In this document: in pieces, positions 8,471 to 18,437 of the stretch
How positions within the stretch are numbered: the first letter of the stretch is position 1
How the letters are laid out: each line of letters begins with the position of its first letter
From: a virus
Lineage: Duplodnaviria > Heunggongvirae > Uroviricota > Caudoviricetes
IMG/VR virus record: IMGVR_UViG_2529292913_000006
DNA: 50,227 nt
Reading direction: 5' to 3' (one strand)
The notes under the pieces: generated by a model
The model's database searches: none
What the model saw: only the letters and a program-made list of their open reading frames with translations
Told to the model about the DNA's origin: nothing
Position numbers and translations under genes: made by a program

Positions 8471-9016
8471 ATGACTATGCAACCACTTACATACCAACAG
8501 ACTAGCGGATTTAGCCCGACTGCGGTGATAAATCGTTCTCAAACAAAACAAGCTCCAGGCCACGAAAAAATCCGTGATGCCGTCCGCGCCTGGTCGGCTG
8601 TAGATAATCAGGATGTCGTTGCCGCACTCATTGTGAATGAGTATCGGGAGCAGGGCGGCGGCACCATCGATTTCCCTGATGATGTCAGCCGTGCACGCCA
8701 GAAGCTGTTCCGCTTCCTCGATAACAAATTCGATTCTGAAAAATACCGAAATAACGTGCGTGAATTGACCCCGGCAATTCTGGCGGTACTACCGCTGGAA
8801 TATCGCGGCCACCTGGTTGAGCAGGATAGCTTCATGGCTCGGCTGGCTGAAATGGAAAAGGAACTCAGTGAGGCAAAACAGGCTGTCATTCTCAACGCAC
8901 CACGCCACCAGAAACTGAAGGAGATGAGTGAAGGCATTGTGTCGATGTTTCGTGTGGACCCGGATTTGGCTGGTCCACTGATGGCGATGGTCACCACCAT
9001 GCTGGGGGCAATATGA
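8471..9016 (+). CDS. YdaT-like protein (cII position)
   Basis: 181 aa; motifs EYREQGGG and LTPAILAVLPLEYR resemble Rac prophage YdaT. Confidence 0.55.
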   Translation: MTMQPLTYQQTSGFSPTAVINRSQTKQAPGHEKIRDAVRAWSAVDNQDVVAALIVNEYREQGGGTIDFPDDVSRARQKLFRFLDNKFDSEKYRNNVRELTPAILAVLPLEYRGHLVEQDSFMARLAEMEKELSEAKQAVILNAPRHQKLKEMSEGIVSMFRVDPDLAGPLMAMVTTMLGAI

Positions 9017-9102
9017 CAGGTTCGGAAATGGCGAAAGCCGGTCTGCGCGAACAGAACCGACTTTCAGGTGCAAATCGTAACACACTCATTGCGGGAGGAA
9101 TT

Positions 9103-10032
9103 ATGGCAAACACTGCTGAGATATTCAATTTTCCAGTGCCGGATGTGGCACAAAAGGAGCCGCGCGTGGCAGATCTCGACGATGGTTATACGCGCATTGC
9201 AAATGAGTTGCTGGAAGCTGTGATGCTGGCCGGATTAACACAGCACCAGCTTCTGGTCTTCCTGGCTGTCATGCGCAAAACATATGGCTTTAATAAAAGA
9301 CTGGATTGGGTGAGCAACGAGCAACTTTCCGAATTGACCGGGATATTGCCGCACAAGTGTTCTGCTGCAAAAAGCGTTCTGGTAAAGCGTGGGATTCTTA
9401 TTCAGAGCGGGCGGAATATCGGCATTAATAATGTGGTCAGTGAATGGTCAACATTACCCGAATCAGGTAAGAAAAATAAAGTTTACCTGAAAGAGGTAAA
9501 TTTACCTGAATCAGGTAAGAAAAGTTTACCCAAATCAGGTAAAGGCGTTTACCCGAATCAGGTAAACACAAAAGACAAACTAACAAAAGACAATATAAAA
9601 CCTTTTTCGTCCGAGAATTATGGCGAATCCTCTGACCAGCCAGAAAATGCCCTTCCTGTGGTGAAACCGGATGCTGCAATTCAGAGCGGCAGCAAGTGGG
9701 GGACAGCAGAAGACCTGACCGCCGCAGAGTGGATGTTTGACATGGTGAAGACCATCGCGCCATCAGCCAGAAAACCGAATTTTGCAGGGTGGGCTAACGA
9801 TATCCGCCTGATGCGTGAACGTGACGGACGTAACCACCGCGACATGTGTGTACTGTTCCGCTGGGCATGCCAGGACAACTTCTGGTCCGGTAACGTGCTG
9901 AGTCCGGCCAAACTCCGCGACAAGTGGACCCAGCTCGAAATCAACCGAAACAAGCAACAGGCTGGCGTGACAGCCGGCAAACCAAAACTCGACCTGACAA
10001 ACACAGACTGGATTTACGGGGTGGATCTATGA
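9103..10032 (+). CDS. O: Replication initiator O
   Basis: N-terminus (MANTAEIFNFP...VADLDDGYTRIANELLEA) matches lambda O; GGAGG SD before ATG 9103; iterons inside the gene. Confidence 0.85.
   Translation: MANTAEIFNFPVPDVAQKEPRVADLDDGYTRIANELLEAVMLAGLTQHQLLVFLAVMRKTYGFNKRLDWVSNEQLSELTGILPHKCSAAKSVLVKRGILIQSGRNIGINNVVSEWSTLPESGKKNKVYLKEVNLPESGKKSLPKSGKGVYPNQVNTKDKLTKDNIKPFSSENYGESSDQPENALPVVKPDAAIQSGSKWGTAEDLTAAEWMFDMVKTIAPSARKPNFAGWANDIRLMRERDGRNHRDMCVLFRWACQDNFWSGNVLSPAKLRDKWTQLEINRNKQQAGVTAGKPKLDLTNTDWIYGVDL
9455..9610. repeat. Replication origin: four iterons plus AT-rich region inside O
   Basis: Repeated ATCAGGTAA-containing 18-20 bp units at about 9460-9560, followed by an A-rich stretch. 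Confidence 0.75.
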
Positions 10033-10742
10033 AAAACATCGCCGCACAGATGATTAACTTTGACCGTGAGCAGATGCGCCGGATCGCCAACAACATGCCG
10101 GAACAGTACGACGAAAAGCCGCAGGTACAGCAGGTAGCGCAGATCATCAACGGTGTATTCAGCCAGTTGCTGGCAACTTTCCCTGCGAGCCTGGCTAACC
10201 GTGACCAGAACGAACTGAACGAAATTCGCCGCCAGTGGGTTCTGGCTTTCCGGGAAAACGGGATCACCACAATGGAACAGGTTAACGCTGGAATGCGCGT
10301 AGCCCGTCGGCAGAATCGACCATTCCTGCCGTCGCCCGGCCAGTTCGTAGCGTGGTGTAAGCAGAGTGGCGGGGCGTTAGGTATCACTGTTGACCAAGTC
10401 ATAACCGAATACTGGGATTGGCGTAATCGTTCCTTCGAATTCACTTCCAGCGAGCATTTCCCGTGGTCACAGCCTGTCATGTACCACATCTGCGTCGAAC
10501 TGCGCCACCGCAGCACAGAGCGCCAGTTAACGCATGGTGAGCTGGCGCGTGAAGCCGGCGATCTGCTGGACATGTGGGAGAGGCGCGTCACCGAGGGCAA
10601 ACCAGTACCGCCTGTGCGCCGGGCGATTGCAGCACCGGCTGCCGAGCATGGCCCGACGCCAATCCAGCTGCTTCAGGCGAAGTACAACCGCAACAAGTCG
10701 AACGGGATGGTGCGAAGTGGTAAAGAAGATAATAAAGAATAA
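10029..10742 (+). CDS. P: Replication protein P (DnaB helicase loader)
   Basis: N-terminal half matches lambda P (MKNIAAQM.NFDREQMRRIANNMPEQYDEKPQVQQ...); ATGA overlap with O stop. Confidence 0.85.
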   Translation: MKNIAAQMINFDREQMRRIANNMPEQYDEKPQVQQVAQIINGVFSQLLATFPASLANRDQNELNEIRRQWVLAFRENGITTMEQVNAGMRVARRQNRPFLPSPGQFVAWCKQSGGALGITVDQVITEYWDWRNRSFEFTSSEHFPWSQPVMYHICVELRHRSTERQLTHGELAREAGDLLDMWERRVTEGKPVPPVRRAIAAPAAEHGPTPIQLLQAKYNRNKSNGMVRSGKEDNKE

Positions 10743-10820
10743 TATTTAGGGTTATAGGTCTTAGCCCATTTTAAATGGAAGGCAGACATGCAGCCATGCA
10801 TACTTCGCATGGCAACATAA

Positions 10821-11249
10821 TTATTTAGACAAACTATCTAATTTTTGCGTCGCTTTTTGTGTTAGGTCGCTGTAACTGATAAACCCTACGTTAGCACCTA
10901 CAATTAACACTAAGAACACTAAGCTGCATATGGATAGAGTGGCAGATTTATGCTTATGGAAAACAAAATATGCTACTATTGCACTTAATATGAAGGAAAT
11001 GAATAGAAATATAGATGTTGATGTTTTTAGATATTTTTCAGGAAATAATGGGTGAGCAATAATGTATACAAGATTAAGTAGTATATAAATTGCTACCGGA
11101 ATGAAAATCATGCTCCAGTGTGTATCTTTTTTGGGAGGGATTGGCTGCAAATAATCAGACACCGTTTTTCCATCAGTTTCAAGAAGAATTACTAGATCTC
11201 TTACTTCACCACTGACTTGAGTGCCATCCTTAGTAGTAATGTTAATCAT
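10821..11249 (-). CDS. Small membrane protein (about 3 TM helices), second gene of an AT-rich cargo pair
   Basis: ATG at 11249 overlaps the TGA of the upstream gene; hydrophobic segments (IFIPVAIYILLNLVYII, IFLFISFILSAIVAYFVF, ICSLVFLVLIVGANVGFI). Confidence 0.55.
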   Translation of the reverse strand: MINITTKDGTQVSGEVRDLVILLETDGKTVSDYLQPIPPKKDTHWSMIFIPVAIYILLNLVYIIAHPLFPEKYLKTSTSIFLFISFILSAIVAYFVFHKHKSATLSICSLVFLVLIVGANVGFISYSDLTQKATQKLDSLSK

Positions 11250-11623
11250 TTTTTCCCTCCAAATACGATGCCCTCTACGTCTTTGGAAGCTTTTTGTGAT
11301 GACCACTCCTCTGAATCAGGTGATTTAATTAAAAATATTGTATCTCCATCAAAAATCGTATTTGTTCCGTAAAAATTTACATTTGATAGATCACCACCAA
11401 AAACCCTCTGCCCACTCGAGGTAATTGCCTCACCTAATTTAGTAAAATTACCTGCAATAGATGATTTTCTTTTTCCACTTCTATTCAAAGTGGCTTTAAT
11501 TACACCACCACCATCCTTAGAGTTAAATAATTGAATGTCCACTCCAGCAGTTGGTTGTATATATTTTGAAAGCTCTTTCTTGAACTTGTTAATATATTTA
11601 TCTTTGTTTTCTTTGTTGGTCAT
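11246..11623 (-). CDS. Hypothetical soluble protein, first gene of the AT-rich cargo pair
   Basis: 125-aa ORF with ATG start, Lys/Gly-rich, no recognisable domain; antisense to the replication module. Confidence 0.55.
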   Translation of the reverse strand: MTNKENKDKYINKFKKELSKYIQPTAGVDIQLFNSKDGGGVIKATLNRSGKRKSSIAGNFTKLGEAITSSGQRVFGGDLSNVNFYGTNTIFDGDTIFLIKSPDSEEWSSQKASKDVEGIVFGGKK

Positions 11624-11887
11624 TGGTTAGATCCATAGTTCTGGCTGTGATTAGGTGAAAGTATACAAGGTTTTTAAAGCGAAGATCACTGTTTTGGCTT
11701 CAAGATAGTTTTGATTTATCGTAATCAATCCGCCATAATCCTCTCATCGGAGCCTGAACAACTCCGGTGACTTCTGCGCATTTAAGGGGACTTAAATGCG
11801 ACCACAATCTGAACTCATCACCTTGTCACAGATGCAGAAATGCACCTGCGATTTTCTGCATTCTGCGGTTTCCGTTAGGGAGGCCGT

Positions 11888-12343
11888 ATGACTCTGCCAG
11901 TAGACGGCATCAAACTCCATCGCGGTAACTTCGCGGCCATCGGCCAGCAGATTCAGCCATTGCTGGATGCCGGGCAATGCTTACGCCTGCAGGTTAAGCC
12001 GTGGCGCGAGAAGCGCAGCCTGTCGCAGAACGCGCTCAGCCACATGTGGTACACGGAGATCAGCGAATATCTCATCGCCCGCGGCAAGACCTTCGCTACG
12101 CCTGAGTGGGTCAAAGACGCGATGAAGCACACCTATCTCGGCTACGAAAGCAAAGACCGTGTAGATGTCGTGTCCGGCGAGGTCACCACCGTCCAATCCC
12201 TCCGCCATACGTCAGAGCTGGAAACCGGCGAGATGTACATCTTCCTGTGCAAAGTCGAAGCCTGGGCGATGAATATCGGCTGCCACCTGACAATTCCGCA
12301 GAGCTGTGAATACCAGCAGCTGCGCGATAAGCAGGAGGCGTAA
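11888..12343 (+). CDS. ninB: NinB-family recombination protein
   Basis: 151 aa in the nin region with an NinB-like motif (SLSQNALSHMWY). Confidence 0.65.
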   Translation: MTLPVDGIKLHRGNFAAIGQQIQPLLDAGQCLRLQVKPWREKRSLSQNALSHMWYTEISEYLIARGKTFATPEWVKDAMKHTYLGYESKDRVDVVSGEVTTVQSLRHTSELETGEMYIFLCKVEAWAMNIGCHLTIPQSCEYQQLRDKQEA

Positions 12344-12513
12344 TGGCTACACCGCTTATTCGTGTCATGAACGGGCACATCTACAGAGTATCAAATCGTC
12401 GTAAGCGTAAGCCTGAGCTGAAGCCATCCGAAATACCAACACTGCTCGGATATACCGCTAGCCTGGTTGATAAAAAATGGTTGCGACTGGCAGCAAGGAG
12501 GAATCATGGCTGA
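12343..12513 (+). CDS. ninE: NinE-like small protein
   Basis: 56-aa ORF not in the track (MATPLIRVMNGHIYRVSNRRKRKPELKPSEIP...); GGAGG SD; TAATG overlap with ninB. Confidence 0.6.
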   Translation: MATPLIRVMNGHIYRVSNRRKRKPELKPSEIPTLLGYTASLVDKKWLRLAARRNHG

Positions 12514-12796
12514 TTTGAGAAAAGCAGCGCGTGGTCGGGAATGCCAGGTAAGAATCCCTGGCGTATGTAATGGCAATCCTGAAACGTCAGTACTGGCACA
12601 TATCCGGCTGGCTGGATTGTGCGGTACCGGTATCAAACCGCCAGACCTGATTGCCACCATTGCATGTTCTGCCTGTCACGACGAAATCGACCGCCGCACA
12701 TATTTTGTCGATGCTGAGTATGCAAAAGAATGCGCGCTGGAAGGTATGGCGAGAACGCAGGTTATCTGGCTGAAAGAGGGGGTTATTAAGGCGTGA
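12506..12796 (+). CDS. DUF1364-family nin-region protein (cysteine-rich)
   Basis: ATG at 12506 with AGGAGG SD; precedes rusA as in DLP12. Confidence 0.6.
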   Translation: MADLRKAARGRECQVRIPGVCNGNPETSVLAHIRLAGLCGTGIKPPDLIATIACSACHDEIDRRTYFVDAEYAKECALEGMARTQVIWLKEGVIKA

Positions 12797-13155
12797 ATAC
12801 CTACAGCATCACATTACCCTGGCCTCCGAGCAATAACCGCTATTACCGCCATAATCGCGGGCGCACACACATCAGCGCAGAAGGGCAGGCATACCGCGAT
12901 AACGTCACCCGAATCATTAAAAACGCAATGCTGGATATCGGCCTGGCTATGCCAGTGAAAATCCGTATTGAGTGCCACATGCCGGATCGCCGTCGCCGTG
13001 ACCTGGATAATCTGCAAAAAGCCGCTTTTGACGCACTCACCAAAGCAGGTTTCTGGCTGGATGATGCTCAGGTCGTTGATTACCGCGTTGTGAAGATGCC
13101 TGTTACCAAAGGTGGGAGGCTGGAACTGACCATCACCGAAATGGGGAATGAATGA
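12793..13155 (+). CDS. rusA: Holliday junction resolvase RusA
   Basis: 120 aa recognised as RusA ([26 protein letters not shown]...[28 protein letters not shown]); GTG start. Confidence 0.95.
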   Translation: MNTYSITLPWPPSNNRYYRHNRGRTHISAEGQAYRDNVTRIIKNAMLDIGLAMPVKIRIECHMPDRRRRDLDNLQKAAFDALTKAGFWLDDAQVVDYRVVKMPVTKGGRLELTITEMGNE

Positions 13156-13377
13156 TGTTTGAGTTTTATATGGCAGAACTTCTTCGCCACCGCTGGGGGC
13201 ATCTGCGCTTATATCGTTTCCCCGGTTCTGTTTTGACCGATTACCGAATACTGAAGAATTACGCCAAAACCCTGACAGGAGCAGGAGTATGAAGTCAGAG
13301 ATAACAATCAACTAATACTGTTTTGTTGATTTTTGCTTGTAATTGGCGTTCTGGTCTGATTTTTGTGGAGTAAGTTG

Positions 13378-13761
13378 ATGCGTGATATTCAGATGGTTCT
13401 TGAGCGTTGGGGAGCGTGGGCGGCTAATAATCATGAAGATGTGACCTGGTCGTCCATTGCCGCCGGTTTTAAGGGATTAATTACTTCAAAAGTAAAATCT
13501 CGCCCGCAATGTTGTGACGATGACGCGATGATTATTTGCGGGTGCATGGCCCGTCTGAAAAAGAACAACAGCGATTTGCACGATTTATTAGTAGATTATT
13601 ATGTAGTCGGTATGACATTCATGTCACTGGCAGGTAAGCATTGCTGCTCTGATGGTTATATCGGGAAAAGGTTACAGAAGGCTGAGGGCATAATTGAAGG
13701 GATGTTAATGGCATTAGATATCCGGTTAGAGATGGATATCGTTGTTAATAACTCTAATTAA
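13378..13761 (+). CDS. Q: Late-gene antiterminator Q
   Basis: 127 aa ([22 protein letters not shown]...) recognised as the DLP12 QuuD-type Q; GGAG SD. Confidence 0.8.
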   Translation: MRDIQMVLERWGAWAANNHEDVTWSSIAAGFKGLITSKVKSRPQCCDDDAMIICGCMARLKKNNSDLHDLLVDYYVVGMTFMSLAGKHCCSDGYIGKRLQKAEGIIEGMLMALDIRLEMDIVVNNSN

Positions 13762-13779
13762 TATGCCAATTGTTTACTA

Positions 13780-13812
13780 AAAATTATTAAAAATGGGGCG
13801 TTGCAACGCCCC
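13780..13812 (-). terminator. Rho-independent terminator of the porin gene
   Basis: GGGGCG-TTGCAA-CGCCCC hairpin followed on the minus strand by a T-rich tract. Confidence 0.45.
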
Positions 13813-13949
13813 CAAAAATAAAGGGTAATATATAACAGAAGGTTTATATAGTTAGAAGCAAGGTTGTGCTCCTAAAGGAAGTGGCTTGAGGGAGCCACTT
13901 ATATGTTGGGGAGGCAAAGCCTCCCGCAACATATCTTTTAGTAATCAAA

Positions 13950-15032
13950 TTAGAACTGGTAAACCATACCTACAGCAACGATATCATCGGTAGCAACGCC
14001 AGATGCTTTCGTGAAATCGCTCTTATCAATCAGGTTGATTTTGTAATCAACAAAAGTGGACATATTTTTGTTGAAGTAATAGGTTGCACCTACATCAATA
14101 TATTCAACCAGGTCCTGATCACCCCACGCACCCAAGTCTTTTCCTTTAGATTGCAGGTAAGCAACGGACGGACGCAGACCGAAGTCGAACTGATATTGTG
14201 CAACTACTTCGAAGTTTTGTGCTTTGTTGGCAATATGGTTATTACCAAAAACAGTCATGTTCTGGGTTTCAGAATAGGTGGTAGCCAGATAGATGTTGTT
14301 CGCATCATATTTCAGACCAGCTGCCCATACTTCAGCATTTTGACCAGATGCATTCAGGCTGTTGTTACCGTAGATAACCTGATTATTAGTGCGGTCAGAT
14401 TTAGCATAGGTTGCACCTACACCGAATCCTTCATACTCATAAGTAGTGGAGAAACCGAAACCATCACCATTAGCTTCAGTTACGTCAGTGCGGTCATTTT
14501 TACCCTGATACTGAGCAGCAAAGTTCAGACCATCAACCAGACCAAAGAAGTCGTTGTTACGATAAGTTGCAACACCAGTGGTGCGACCAGTCATGAACAC
14601 ATCTGTTTGGGTCCAGGTATCGCCACCGAATTCTGGCAGAACGTCAGTCCACGCACCGATGTCATATGCTACACCGTAGTTACGGCCGTAATCGATTGAG
14701 CCGTAGTCCCCGAATTTCAGGCCTGCAAATGCAAGACGGGTTTTGTCTTTGGAGGAGCCTTGAGATTCAGCGCGGTTGCCTTTGAATTCATATTCCCACT
14801 GACCGAAACCAGTCAGTTGATCGTTGATTTGGGTTTCACCTTTGAAGCCAAGACGGGCATAAGTAGTATCACCATCATCTGCATCATTAGAGGAGAAGTA
14901 GTGCTTGGCATTAACTTTCCCATATAGATCCAGCTTGTTACTGTCTTTATTATAAATTTCAGCTGCCTGAGCAGACATCGCCATCAGTACTGATGCAGCT
15001 ACAGCAGAAATTGCCACTGTTAATTTTTTCAT
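13950..15032 (-). CDS. nmpC: OmpC/OmpF-family general porin (NmpC/Lc-type, prophage-encoded)
   Basis: 360 aa with signal peptide ([23 protein letters not shown]), porin hallmarks and C-terminal MVYQF; antisense between Q and the lysis cassette. Confidence 0.9.
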   Translation of the reverse strand: MKKLTVAISAVAASVLMAMSAQAAEIYNKDSNKLDLYGKVNAKHYFSSNDADDGDTTYARLGFKGETQINDQLTGFGQWEYEFKGNRAESQGSSKDKTRLAFAGLKFGDYGSIDYGRNYGVAYDIGAWTDVLPEFGGDTWTQTDVFMTGRTTGVATYRNNDFFGLVDGLNFAAQYQGKNDRTDVTEANGDGFGFSTTYEYEGFGVGATYAKSDRTNNQVIYGNNSLNASGQNAEVWAAGLKYDANNIYLATTYSETQNMTVFGNNHIANKAQNFEVVAQYQFDFGLRPSVAYLQSKGKDLGAWGDQDLVEYIDVGATYYFNKNMSTFVDYKINLIDKSDFTKASGVATDDIVAVGMVYQF

Positions 15033-15462
15033 CGTGAGCCCTTTTTTTTGAACTATTATTAAAAAATGATGTCACTGCGCGATAAATATTCATCTAATCA
15101 ATGTGATTATTTCAAGATGTAAGTTTTGGTTTCTCGTTTGATTTGTGAAGTAGATCTCTATTTTTATCTGAACTTTTTTCTATCGAATCCTATTCATGGC
15201 TCTTGGCTGAATAAAAATAAATCTATTAGCCAATTTATATTAACGGCTGTTATTTATAAGTGCTCTGTAATTTGAAGGTTCAATTTAAATCGGCTAAAAA
15301 TAACGCTGGAAATTATTTGCTGGTTATTTATTGAGATTTGCTTATGTATTTGTAGTGGTGTTTTCAATACTCGGTAGCATTCTCGCAAATATCATTTTGT
15401 GGTTTACGTACGTAAAAAATTGGTTATGCTGTTAAGAGTGGTTACTTCGTCACACAGCTTAA

Positions 15463-15490
15463 ACCCGCCGTCGAGCGGGTTTTTCCATTT
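15463..15490 (+). terminator. Candidate tR'-like terminator upstream of the lysis genes
   Basis: Hairpin ACCCGC-CGTCGA-GCGGGT followed by TTTTCC. Confidence 0.4.
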
Positions 15491-15605
15491 TTTGAGTCTC
15501 GATATTAGCTGATAACCCAATACCTGAGTTATTCACTGACTCCGAGTCTGTTACGTTTCGTAGTATTCCCTCAATTTACACCCGCTTTGTCTGCGAGGTG
15601 GGGTT

Positions 15606-15821
15606 ATGAAATCCATGGATAAGTTAACAACGGGTGTCGCCTATGGCACCTCAGCAGGTAGTGCCGGTTACTGGTTTTTACAGCTGCTCGATAAAGTCAC
15701 GCCCTCACAGTGGGCAGCAATAGGTGTGCTGGGTAGCCTGGTATTTGGCCTGCTGACGTACCTGACAAACCTTTATTTCAAGATTAAAGAAGATAAGCGC
15801 AAGGCTGCGAGAGGTGAATAA
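15606..15821 (+). CDS. S: Class II holin (phage-21 S-type pinholin)
   Basis: 71 aa ([25 protein letters not shown]...); two TM segments; TAATG overlap with the endolysin. Confidence 0.9.
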
Positions 15822-16251
15822 TGCCTCCATCATTACGAAAAGCCGTTGCTGCTGCTATTGGTGGCGGAGCAATTGCTATAGCATCAGTGTTAATCACTGG
15901 CCCAAGTGGTAACGATGGTCTGGAAGGTGTCAGCTACATACCATACAAAGATATTGTTGGTGTATGGACTGTATGTCACGGGCATACAGGAAAAGACATC
16001 ATGCTCGGTAAAACGTATACCAAAGCAGAATGCAAAGCACTCTTGAATAAAGACCTTGCCACTGTCGCCAGACAAATTAACCCGTACATCGAAGTCGATA
16101 TACCGGAAACAACGCGCGGCGCTCTTTACTCATTCGTTTACAACGTGGGTGCTGGCAATTTAGACTGGCCCCCTGAATCTCCAGACAACCAATATCACTT
16201 ATTTAAGTGATAGTCTTAATACTAGTTTTTAGACTAGTCATTGGAGAGCAG

Positions 16252-16617
16252 ATGATTGATGTCTTAGGACCGGAGAAACGCAGACGGCGTACTACACAGG
16301 AAAAGATCGCTATTGTTCAGCAGAGTTTTGAACCGGGAATGACAGTCTCCCTTGTTGCCCGGCAACACGGTGTGGCAGCCAGCCAGTTATTTCTCTGGCG
16401 CAAGCAATACCAGGAGGGAAGTCTTACTGCTGTGGCCGCAGGAGAACAGGTCGTTCCTGCCTCTGAACTTGCTGCCGCCATGAAGCAGATTAAAGAACTC
16501 CAGCGCCTGCTCGGCAAAAAAACGATGGAAAATGAACTCCTTAAAGAAGCCGTTGAATATGGGCGTGCAAAAAAGTGGATAGCGCACGCGCCCTTATTGC
16601 CCGGGGATGGGGAGTAA
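16252..16617 (+). CDS. insC: IS2 transposase OrfA (InsC)
   Basis: 121 aa ([41 protein letters not shown]...); SD GGAGAG. Confidence 0.9.
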
Positions 16618-17480
16618 GCTTAGTCAGCCGTTGTCTCCGGGTGTCGCGTGCGCAGTTGCACGTCATTCTCAGACGAACCGATGACTGGAAAGATGGTCGC
16701 CGCAGCCGTCACTCAGATGATACGGATGTGCTTCTCCGTATACACCATGTTATCGGAGAGCTGCCCACATATGGTTATCGTCGGGTATGGGCGCTGCTTC
16801 GCAGACAGGCCGAACTTGATGGTATGCCTGCGATCAATGCCAAACGTATTTACCGGATCATGCGCCAGAATGCGCTGTTGCTTGAGCGAAAACCCGCTGT
16901 ACCGCCATCGAAACGGGCACATACCGGCAGAGTGGCTGTGAAAGAAAGTAATCAGCGATGGTGCTCTGACGGGTTCGAGTTCCGCTGTGATAACGGAGAA
17001 AAACTGCGAGTCACGTTCGCGCTGGACTGCTGTGACCGTGAGGCACTGCACTGGGCGGTCACTACGGGCGGCTTCAACAGTGAAACAGTACAGGACGTCA
17101 TGCTGGGAGCGGTGGAACGCCGTTTCGGCAACGAGCTTCCGGCGTCTCCAGTAGAGTGGCTGACGGATAATGGTTCATGCTACCGGGCTAATGAAACACG
17201 GCAGTTTGCCCGGATGTTGGGGCTTGAACCGAAGAACACGGCGGTGCGGAGTCCGGAGAGTAACGGCATAGCAGAGAGCTTCGTGAAAACGATAAAGCGT
17301 GACTACATCAGTGTCATGCCCAAACCAGACGGGTTAACGGCAGCAAAGAACCTTGCAGAGGCATTCGAGCATTATAACGAATGGCATCCGCATAGTGCAC
17401 TGGGTTATCGCTCGCCACGGGAATATCTACGGCAGCAAGCCAGTAATGGGTTAAGTGATAACAGGTGTCTGGAAATATAG
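16575..17480 (+). CDS. insD: IS2 transposase OrfB (InsD), DDE integrase core
   Basis: 301 aa overlapping insC in the -1 frame, the usual IS3-family arrangement. Confidence 0.9.
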
Positions 17481-17650
17481 GGGCAAATCCACAATTTCAG
17501 AACATCGACGCTTCTTCGCAAAATAAACCAGGGCGATATCAAAGGCGCATGTGATCAGCTACGTCGCTGGACATATGCTGGCGGTAAGCAATGGAAAGGT
17601 CTCATGACTCGTCGTGAGATTGAGCGTGAAATCTGTTTGTGGGGTCAGCA

Positions 17651-18112
17651 ATGAACAGAGTAACCGCGATTATCTCCGCTCTGGTTATCTGCATCATCGT
17701 CTGCCTGTCATGGGCTGTTAATCATTACCGTGATAACGCCATTACCTACAAAGCCCAGCGCGACAAAAATGCCAGAGAACTGAAGCTGGCGAACGCGGCA
17801 ATTACTGACATGCAGATGCGCCAGCGTGATGTTGCTGCACTGGATGAAAAATACACGAAGGAGTTAGCTAATGCGAAAGCTGAAAATGATGCTCTGCGTG
17901 ATGATGTTGCCGCTGGTCGTCGTCGGTTGCACATCAAAGCAGTCTGTCAGTCAGTGCGTGAAGCCACCACCGCCTCCGGCGTGGATAATGCAGCCTCCCC
18001 CCGACTGGCAGACACCGCTGAACAGGATTATTTCACCCTCAGAGAGAGGCTGATCACTATGCAAAAACAACTGGAAGGAACCCAGAAGTATATTAATGAG
18101 CAGTGCAGATAG
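17651..18112 (+). CDS. Rz: Spanin inner-membrane subunit Rz
   Basis: ATG 17651 overlaps the endolysin stop; N-terminal TM segment then coiled-coil region. Confidence 0.85.
   Translation: MNRVTAIISALVICIIVCLSWAVNHYRDNAITYKAQRDKNARELKLANAAITDMQMRQRDVAALDEKYTKELANAKAENDALRDDVAAGRRRLHIKAVCQSVREATTASGVDNAASPRLADTAEQDYFTLRERLITMQKQLEGTQKYINEQCR
17871..18053 (+). CDS. Rz1: Spanin outer-membrane lipoprotein Rz1 (embedded in Rz, +1 frame)
   Basis: 60 aa with lipobox (LVVVGC) and proline-rich body ([20 protein letters not shown]). Confidence 0.8.
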   Translation: MRKLKMMLCVMMLPLVVVGCTSKQSVSQCVKPPPPPAWIMQPPPDWQTPLNRIISPSERG

Positions 18113-18143
18113 AGCTGCCCATATCGATGGGCAACTCATGCAA

Positions 18144-18437
18144 TTATTGTGAGCAATACACACGCGCTTCCAGCGGAGTATAAATGCCTAAAGTAATAAA
18201 ACCGAGCAATCCATTTACGAATGTTTGCTGGGTTTCTGTTTTAACAACATTTTCTGCGCCGCCACAAATTTTGGCTGCATCAACAGTTTTCTCCTGTCCA
18301 ATTCCCGAAACGAAGAAGTGATGGGTGATGGTTTCCTTTGGTGTTACTGCTGTCGGTTTGTTTCCAACAGTAAACGTCTGTTGAGCACATCCTGTAATAA
18401 GCATTGCCAGAGCGGCAGAAAACAACATTTTTTTCAT
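18144..18437 (-). CDS. bor: Bor lipoprotein (serum-resistance moron)
   Basis: 97 aa from ATG at 18437 (MKKMLFSAALAMLITGC...); antisense to the lysis genes as in lambda. Confidence 0.85.
   Translation of the reverse strand: MKKMLFSAALAMLITGCAQQTFTVGNKPTAVTPKETITHHFFVSGIGQEKTVDAAKICGGAENVVKTETQQTFVNGLLGFITLGIYTPLEARVYCSQ

Larger units (their letters stand above)
16161..17491 (+). mobile_element. IS2 insertion sequence (1331 bp) with 5-bp target duplication CAATT
   Basis: Ends TAGACTGGCCCCCTGAATCTCC... and ...GGAAATATAGGGGCAAATCCA; CAATT at 16156-16160 and 17492-17496. Confidence 0.9.
15821..17654 (+). pseudogene. R: SAR endolysin (phage-21 R-type lysozyme) split by IS2
   Basis: 5' part 15821-16160 has the SAR N-terminus ([20 protein letters not shown]) and reads into IS2 to a stop at 16210; 3' part 17493-17654 in frame ([36 protein letters not shown]...). 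Confidence 0.85.

Noticed and set aside
10793-10813. Hairpin GCCATGC-ATACTTC-GCATGGC between P and the cargo pair as a terminator
   Set aside because: No flanking T-run on either strand; kept only as a possible structural element.
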